From contig JAYPVM010000005.1 of NCBI GenBank assembly GCA_038134595.1, positions 96,001 through 160,000 on the forward strand: 64,000 bases of DNA. The letters run 5' to 3'. The notes below the pieces were generated by a model. That model saw nothing but the letters and a program-made list of their open reading frames with translations. It did no database searches and had not been told where the DNA came from. Shown here piece by piece: positions 58,328 through 64,000 of the stretch. Source of the DNA: Pseudomonadota bacterium. GTDB lineage: Bacteria; Bdellovibrionota_C; UBA2361; OMII01. Each line of letters begins with the position of its first letter. The first letter of the stretch is position 1. The translations under genes and the position numbers were made by a program.

Positions 58328-58867
58328 CTACTTTCGAAACGGCATTCCCATTAAAGCTAACAACTCGTAACCCTCTTCATCAGTTCGTGCCGACGTTACA
58401 AACGTAATATCCAATCCACGAATTTGATCGAGTTTTTCAATCTCTATTTCAGGGAAAACAATCTGCTCCTTCACACCCATCGTGTAATTTCCTCGCCCAT
58501 CAAAACCCTTCTTCGGGATACCCCGAAAGTCTCTAACACGAGGAAGGGCAACCGAAATAAATCGGTCCATGAAGTCCAGCATGCGGCGTTTTCGCATCGT
58601 AACCATTACTCCGATCGCCAATCCCTCTCGAAGTTTAAAGGCAGCAATCGACTTTCGTGCCCGAGTAACTACCGGCTTTTGGCCACTAATTTGAGTGAAC
58701 GCGTACTCTACGAACTGTATCGCCTTTGAATTCGCAACAGCATCACGAACTCCTGAGTTAAGGACAATCTTCTCTAGTTTTGGAACCTGCATCGGTGAAG
58801 AATAATTAAATTTCTTCATTAACGCAGGAACAACAGTCTCTTTATAATGATCAGCTAAACGATTCAT
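58328..58867 (-). CDS. rplE: 50S ribosomal protein L5
   Basis: [19 protein letters not shown] and LPRVRDFRG motifs. Confidence 0.99.
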   Translation of the reverse strand: MNRLADHYKETVVPALMKKFNYSSPMQVPKLEKIVLNSGVRDAVANSKAIQFVEYAFTQISGQKPVVTRARKSIAAFKLREGLAIGVMVTMRKRRMLDFMDRFISVALPRVRDFRGIPKKGFDGRGNYTMGVKEQIVFPEIEIEKLDQIRGLDITFVTSARTDEEGYELLALMGMPFRK

Positions 58868-58885
58868 AAACCCTCTAAAGCTTAA

Positions 58886-59278
58886 CTACGCTTCCAGTTC
58901 AACAAACTTTTTAGTCTTTGGATCTGTGTATCCTCTAACCTTCTTTCCATCTGTCGATAAACCACTCACAAGACGAACAGGCTTCTTAAGCTTCTCGACG
59001 TAATACATTACGTTTGAAATATGTACGGGCTGCTCAACCTGTACTTTTCCGCCCTCTTGACCTGGCCCTTGCGCTCTTTTGTGCCGAACATACAAGTTTA
59101 ACCCGTCAAGTATCACTCTGTCAGCCTTATCACCTACAATCGCCTTAATCTTCGACACCTGACCTTTTAAGGGTCGTTTGTGCTTATTACCACCGGCAAC
59201 AACCATTACAGGGTCTCCCCTACGCAAACTTGTCGACAGCTTTTCGCCTTTTTTTAATCCATTCTTGATTGCCATCAC
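58886..59278 (-). CDS. rplX: 50S ribosomal protein L24
   Basis: RRGDPVMVVAG (KOW) and PVHISNVM motifs; position after rplN. Confidence 0.93.
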   Translation of the reverse strand: MMAIKNGLKKGEKLSTSLRRGDPVMVVAGGNKHKRPLKGQVSKIKAIVGDKADRVILDGLNLYVRHKRAQGPGQEGGKVQVEQPVHISNVMYYVEKLKKPVRLVSGLSTDGKKVRGYTDPKTKKFVELEA

Positions 59279-59284
59279 TCTCTC

Positions 59285-59653
59285 CTACAACACCTCAGGC
59301 GCCAACGACACAATCTTCATAAACTTCTTTCCACGAAGCTCTCTCGCTACAGGCCCAAAAATACGCGTTCCCATAGGCTCTTTCGAATCGTTGACAAGCA
59401 CCACACTGTTCTCATCAAATTTAATGGAAGAACCATCTTCGCGTGCAATCGGATGGGCAGTTCGGACAATCACCGCCTTATGAACCGACCCCTTTGTAAT
59501 CTTAGAATTGGGAGTCGCCTCTTTTACAGCTACGACAATAACGTCGCCAACACCAGCGTACCGACGTCGGCTTCCACCCAACACCTTTACACATGACACT
59601 TTACGCGCACCCGAATTATCTGCCACCTCTAGTAACGATTTGTGCTGAATCAT
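59285..59653 (-). CDS. rplN: 50S ribosomal protein L14
   Basis: MIQ...[20 protein letters not shown] and SLAPEVL motifs. Confidence 0.99.
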   Translation of the reverse strand: MIQHKSLLEVADNSGARKVSCVKVLGGSRRRYAGVGDVIVVAVKEATPNSKITKGSVHKAVIVRTAHPIAREDGSSIKFDENSVVLVNDSKEPMGTRIFGPVARELRGKKFMKIVSLAPEVL

Positions 59654-59705
59654 AATCCTGCCTATCTACAACTAATACCACACATATACCCAGAACTGTT
59701 CCGGA

Positions 59706-59984
59706 CTACTCAGCCTTCCGAACTACACTCTGTAGCTTCCACCGCTTTAGCTTACTTAGAGGCCTGGTCTCCACAACTCGAACTCGATCCCCGATGCCAC
59801 ATACATTAGCTTCATCGTGTGCATACAACTTCTTAGTACGACGAACGAACTTCCCATACATCGCATGTTTCACCTGCCGAACAACCGCTACGACAATCGT
59901 CTTATCGGTCTTGTTACTTACAACCACACCTTCTTGAACTTTTCTAAGCCCTCTGGTCGCCTTATTTTCAGCTGTCTCTGCCAT
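59706..59984 (-). CDS. rpsQ: 30S ribosomal protein S17
   Basis: [14 protein letters not shown] and [11 protein letters not shown] motifs. ATG at 59984. Confidence 0.98.
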   Translation of the reverse strand: MAETAENKATRGLRKVQEGVVVSNKTDKTIVVAVVRQVKHAMYGKFVRRTKKLYAHDEANVCGIGDRVRVVETRPLSKLKRWKLQSVVRKAE

Positions 59985-60082
59985 ATCTATTCTCTCTGTT
60001 TTCTTCACCAGCAAGCTTGCCATCCCCAATCAAGCTTCCAATTAGTGTCGGTTTGAAGTCCTCTTCAAATAAACCCTTTTAC

Positions 60083-60283
60083 CTATCCAACTTTTTGGGT
60101 TAGAGCAGATTTAACTCTCGCTAAGTTGCGTCGCGTCTTCGCAAGAAGGTGGCCATTCTCAAGTTGCTTCGATGCCTTTTTAAACCGGAGCTTCATAAGC
60201 TCTTCTGCCAAAGCAACGGCACGCTCTTGTAGCGCGACCTTATCTAACCCCTCTAATTCCTTAAGAAATTCCTTTCGCTTCAT
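60083..60283 (-). CDS. rpmC: 50S ribosomal protein L29
   Basis: ELMKLRF...QLEN...RRNLARVK; position between rplP and rpsQ. Confidence 0.95.
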   Translation of the reverse strand: MKRKEFLKELEGLDKVALQERAVALAEELMKLRFKKASKQLENGHLLAKTRRNLARVKSALTQKVG

Positions 60284-60347
60284 ATTACTACCTATCCCAT
60301 TTCCCCGCTTTGCACTAGCGAGCCAGCACTATGCCGTTTTCTCTCTC

Positions 60348-60773
60348 CTAAATCAAGGTGTTGGACCTTATAACTATCTTTGTTTTTAACGGCAATTTCG
60401 CGGCAGCCAGCTTAAGCGCATCTACTGCCAACTTCTCACCGACCCCTGTCAATTCATACAAGATCTTGCCAGTCTTGACTTCGGCCACCCATTTTTCAAC
60501 GGATCCCTTTCCTTTACCCATACGAACCTCAGCAGGCTTTGATGTCAGAGGCTTATCTGGGAAGATTTTAATCCAAACCTTACCACCACGCTTAATGTGA
60601 CGAACCATCGTCTGACGAGCCGCCTCAATCTGCCGATTGGTAATCCATCCTGGTTCTACAGCTCGAAGACCGTAGTCTCCAAACTCCAGCACACAACCCC
60701 TTGTCTCCTTAATCTTAAGGTGACGAACTAACTTCATCTGCTTTCGATACCTTGGCTTTTTAGGCTGTAACAT
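60348..60773 (-). CDS. rplP: 50S ribosomal protein L16
   Basis: MLQPK, RQIEAAR, IFPDKP and RMGKGKG motifs. Confidence 0.99.
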   Translation of the reverse strand: MLQPKKPRYRKQMKLVRHLKIKETRGCVLEFGDYGLRAVEPGWITNRQIEAARQTMVRHIKRGGKVWIKIFPDKPLTSKPAEVRMGKGKGSVEKWVAEVKTGKILYELTGVGEKLAVDALKLAAAKLPLKTKIVIRSNTLI

Positions 60774-60843
60774 AACTACTCCCTACATTGAACTACCATT
60801 ATCCCGAGCAATCGGCTGATAGATTCTCTAATCCCTGCGCTGC

Positions 60844-61506
60844 TTACATCTGAATAGCTTCTACAGCCGGCTCTTCACCCGCCGCATACTTCTCACCCTT
60901 AAACACCCAGACTTTCACACCAATGATTCCATATGTTGTGCTAGCTTCTGCTGTTCCATAATCTATCTCAGCTCGGAGAGTGTGAAGCGGAACGCGCCCC
61001 TCTCTGGCAGATTCACTACGGGCGATTTCCGCTCCGTTTAGCCGTCCCGAAACACGAACCTTGATTCCCTCTGCTCCAACCCGCTGAGCACGACCGATGG
61101 CGTCCTTCATCGCTCTTCGGAAATTCACGCGTCTTTCTAATTGAAAAGCGATATTTTCAGCCACTAGCTGAGCATCCATATCGGCTTTTCGAGCTTCAAC
61201 GATACTCAAATTTACATCTTGCTGAACGAGATTCTTGAGCTCTTTTCTCAAATCTTCGATATCTTTTCCCTTCTTACCAATAACGAGACCAGGCTTAGCC
61301 GTATAAATGTTAATGCGGACTCGCGCAGCAGCTCTCTCAATCTCGACTTTGGAAATTCCTGCCGACTGTAGTTTGGCCTTTACAAACTTCCGAATCTTGA
61401 CGTCTTCGCCCACAAATCGGCTACTCTCTCCAGTGGCAAACCACTTCGATTGCCATCCTTCGATGATTCCTACTCGCAGACCTCGTGGACTAACCTTTTG
61501 TCCCAT
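60844..61506 (-). CDS. rpsC: 30S ribosomal protein S3
   Basis: [25 protein letters not shown] and VPLHTLRA motifs. Confidence 0.99.
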   Translation of the reverse strand: MGQKVSPRGLRVGIIEGWQSKWFATGESSRFVGEDVKIRKFVKAKLQSAGISKVEIERAAARVRINIYTAKPGLVIGKKGKDIEDLRKELKNLVQQDVNLSIVEARKADMDAQLVAENIAFQLERRVNFRRAMKDAIGRAQRVGAEGIKVRVSGRLNGAEIARSESAREGRVPLHTLRAEIDYGTAEASTTYGIIGVKVWVFKGEKYAAGEEPAVEAIQM

Positions 61507-61534
61507 ATCGATACTCCCTAATGCACCTTAAAAA

Positions 61535-61903
61535 CTACTTTTCACCCAATACGATGGTCATGTGCGAAGAACGCTTCCTAATAGGATTTGCCCTGCCGTG
61601 AGCCGCTGGCATGTAACGCTTCAACGTCCTACCTTCATCAACCCATCCCTTCGTGATCCAAAGCTTATCTACATCTGCCTGAGCATGCTCACGCGCGTTA
61701 GCAATCGCGGATTGCAACAATTTGTGTGCAAACGCAGCGCCCTTCTTAGGAGAGAACTTAAGAATGCTTAGCGCTGGCTCTACCTGCTTTCCCCGAATGA
61801 GGTCAATGACCAAACGCGCCTTCCGAGGCGACATTCGAATGTGTCTAAGCGACGCGCGCGACACCTCTGACTTATCTCCGCTCTTGTTTATTTTCTTTGC
61901 CAT
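61535..61903 (-). CDS. rplV: 50S ribosomal protein L22
   Basis: SPRKARLVIDLIRG, SAIANA and RKRSSH motifs. ATG at 61903. Confidence 0.98.
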   Translation of the reverse strand: MAKKINKSGDKSEVSRASLRHIRMSPRKARLVIDLIRGKQVEPALSILKFSPKKGAAFAHKLLQSAIANAREHAQADVDKLWITKGWVDEGRTLKRYMPAAHGRANPIRKRSSHMTIVLGEK

Positions 61904-61946
61904 AACTTCCGTCCTCAATCGCTCTCTTTCAGTAAACGACTATATC

Positions 61947-62210
61947 CTACTTCTTCGCTTGGTGTCCGTGGAACGTCCGTGTTGGAGAAAACTCTCCTAG
62001 TTTGTGTCCCACCATATTCTCAGTCACAAAAACCGCGTTAAACTTCTTTCCATTATGGACGGCAAACGTCAGTCCTATCATGTCAGGAGTGATGGTAGAC
62101 CTCCGAGACCAGGTCTTGATCGGGCCTTTGTGAGCTCCGCTCTTCACCCTTTCAATCCACTTCAATACGCTGTTATCAACGAATGGTCCCTTCTTTATTG
62201 AACGAGCCAT
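61947..62210 (-). CDS. rpsS: 30S ribosomal protein S19
   Basis: [16 protein letters not shown] and [13 protein letters not shown] motifs. Confidence 0.99.
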   Translation of the reverse strand: MARSIKKGPFVDNSVLKWIERVKSGAHKGPIKTWSRRSTITPDMIGLTFAVHNGKKFNAVFVTENMVGHKLGEFSPTRTFHGHQAKK

Positions 62211-62225
62211 ACTTCCCCCTAGTTA

Positions 62226-63065
62226 TTACTTCTTACTCTTTTTACTCTTCCGTCCACGAACAATAAACTTCTGCGTCCTCTTGTTCGATCTCGTCTTTAA
62301 TCCCTTTGCCAATAATCCTGACGGGGAGCAAGGGTGTCGACCTCCTGCCGATTTACCTTCTCCTCCACCCATTGGATGATCCACTGGATTCTTCGTAACA
62401 CCCCTATTGTGAGGTCTTCGGTTCAACCACCGGCTACGGCCTGCCTTACCCAAGACTCGGTTCTGATGGTCTGAGTTTCCAACCGATCCGATTGTCGCAT
62501 AACACTCAACCGAGACCCTTCTCATTTCGCCAGATGGTAAACGAACCGTAGCATAGTCACCTTCTCGAGCTACCAACTGAGCCGCGCCACCGGCAGAACG
62601 AACCAACTGTGCGCCTCCCTTAATCTTGAGCTCGATGTTATGAACATTCTCTCCAAGCGGTATCGCCTTCAAAGGAAGCGCATTACCAGGCTTGATCTCA
62701 GCGTCAGGCCCTGAGCTTATGGTCTGTCCGACCGACAACCCCTGGGGAGCCAGTATGTAACGCTTCTCGCCGTCGACGTACTTAACGAGAGCAATCCGGC
62801 TAGTTCTATTCGGATCGTATTCAATGGTTGCCACGACACCTGGAACCCCAAGCTTCTCTCTGCGAAAATCGATGATTCGGTAACGTCGCTTGTGACCACG
62901 ACCTTTGTTAATATTTGTGTTCCGTCCGTAGTTATTACGACCTCCGGTGTTCGAGTGCTTCGATATAAGCCCCCGCTCAGGCTTAGCTGTCGTGACTTCT
63001 GAGAAATCAGCTACAGTAAGATATCGTCTACTAGGAGTTGTTGGTCTAAATGTTTTAACCGCCAT
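62226..63065 (-). CDS. rplB: 50S ribosomal protein L2
   Basis: [15 protein letters not shown] and [12 protein letters not shown] motifs. Confidence 0.99.
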   Translation of the reverse strand: MAVKTFRPTTPSRRYLTVADFSEVTTAKPERGLISKHSNTGGRNNYGRNTNINKGRGHKRRYRIIDFRREKLGVPGVVATIEYDPNRTSRIALVKYVDGEKRYILAPQGLSVGQTISSGPDAEIKPGNALPLKAIPLGENVHNIELKIKGGAQLVRSAGGAAQLVAREGDYATVRLPSGEMRRVSVECYATIGSVGNSDHQNRVLGKAGRSRWLNRRPHNRGVTKNPVDHPMGGGEGKSAGGRHPCSPSGLLAKGLKTRSNKRTQKFIVRGRKSKKSKK

Positions 63066-63079
63066 ACATCACCTCTAAA

Positions 63080-63403
63080 TTACAAACCTTCTACGAGGTC
63101 AATCTTGCTACCCTCGGCCAAAGTTACATACGCCTTTTTATATCCAGACCGTCTTCCAACGCCCCTTGTTGTTCTCTTCATCTTGCCGATGAAAGAGCAT
63201 GTGCGAACGCCTCCCACTTTCACCGAAAAGACTCTCTCAACAGCAGATTTGATTTGCAACTTGCTCGCCCGTGGATCAACCCGAAAGGTAACCACATTGC
63301 CTTCACCACCTACCAGTGCGGTCTTCTCACTGATAACAGGCGAGAGCAATATCGCATAATCACTCACTCGAGCACTTTCATTGTTATTCTTCGTCTTTGC
63401 CAT
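63080..63403 (-). CDS. rplW: 50S ribosomal protein L23
   Basis: PVISEK, IKSAVERVFSVKV and KKAYVTL motifs. Confidence 0.97.
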   Translation of the reverse strand: MAKTKNNNESARVSDYAILLSPVISEKTALVGGEGNVVTFRVDPRASKLQIKSAVERVFSVKVGGVRTCSFIGKMKRTTRGVGRRSGYKKAYVTLAEGSKIDLVEGL

Positions 63404-63446
63404 AGCAATACTTCCCGATGATGTTACTTTCTTATCTCTTTACGCC

Positions 63447-64000
63447 CTACAGTCCCGAAACCCGCTGCTCAAGCTCACTGAGTGCCGTATCTACACACAG
63501 CACAGTGTTAGCATTAAGCAGATCATAGACATTGACACCTGCCACAGGCACAACCGACACGCGTTGAATATTCTTTACAGAACGAGCCAGCTTAGTGCGA
63601 GCCTCAGAGTTTGCATCCGGCACAACTACAAGAACTTTCGTATCCGTTAAACCGAGTGTAGCCAACAAAGCCACTGCATCTTTTGTCTTACCAGTAGCCG
63701 AAGACATATCCTCCAATACTGCAATATTGCCCGCTTGTGCTTTTGTAGACAAAGCCGAACGAAGAGCGCCCTTGCGCATCTTCTTGGACATTCTAAACTC
63801 GTAGCTTCGAGGGGTTGGACCATGCACTACTGCACCACCAACCATAACAGGCGAAATAGTAGATCCAGCTCGAGCCCGGCCAGTTCCTTTCTGCTTAAAA
63901 GGCTTCTTCGAACCGCCTTTCATCTCACTACGAGTAAGAACGTCATGCGTTCCTGCTCGTCGCTTGGCACGTTGCCAACGAACTGCGCCATGAAGCAATT
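63447..64000 (-). CDS. rplD: 50S ribosomal protein L4 (5' end outside the window)
   Basis: KPFKQKGTGRARAG and HGPTPRSY motifs; frame open at the right edge. Confidence 0.97.
   Translation of the reverse strand, partial: LLHGAVRWQRAKRRAGTHDVLTRSEMKGGSKKPFKQKGTGRARAGSTISPVMVGGAVVHGPTPRSYEFRMSKKMRKGALRSALSTKAQAGNIAVLEDMSSATGKTKDAVALLATLGLTDTKVLVVVPDANSEARTKLARSVKNIQRVSVVPVAGVNVYDLLNANTVLCVDTALSELEQRVSGL

Noticed and set aside
275..63804. Many short antisense or alternate-frame ORFs in the track (e.g. 275-709, 37823-38266, 56498-56863)
   Set aside because: They lie within well-supported genes and carry no recognisable motifs; treated as shadow ORFs.
1..64000. CRISPR array, transposase, integrase, phage or defence genes
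   Set aside because: No regularly spaced direct repeats in any intergenic region, and no long ORF with such motifs.

Overview
Ordinary-GC bacterial chromosomal window made mostly of housekeeping genes. Gene content and synteny look like Deltaproteobacteria/Bdellovibrionota (inference, not tested). Left to right: a multi-FHA membrane protein; RNase E/G with a long, strongly structured leader; a GAF plus degenerate-GGDEF protein coupled to an orphan MreB paralog; ComEC, an O-antigen-ligase-like protein and a LamG-like protein; rpsF-rplI without rpsR; dksA-ispE-tRNA-Gln-prs-rplY-pth; a split methylmalonyl-CoA mutase, propionyl-CoA carboxylase and FadJ block; a truncated dcw cluster (mraZ-rsmH-ftsL-ftsI) followed by a Spinster-like MFS; glmS; a sigma54-driven hypothetical plus a pectate-lyase-like gene next to a Wzx/Wzy exopolysaccharide locus; tRNA-Arg(UCG); a PlsC-ACP-adenylation fusion with a beta-CASP hydrolase; and the S10/spc ribosomal protein cluster lacking rpsN, with secY-adk set apart by a terminator. 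No CRISPR array, transposase, integrase or phage gene was seen. Best leads: a ~165-nt rod-like RNA in the rne leader, the GAF/dGGDEF-MreB pair, the loss of both zinc-type r-protein genes rpsN and rpsR from their canonical loci, and the sigma54-controlled unknown protein plus lyase beside the EPS locus.
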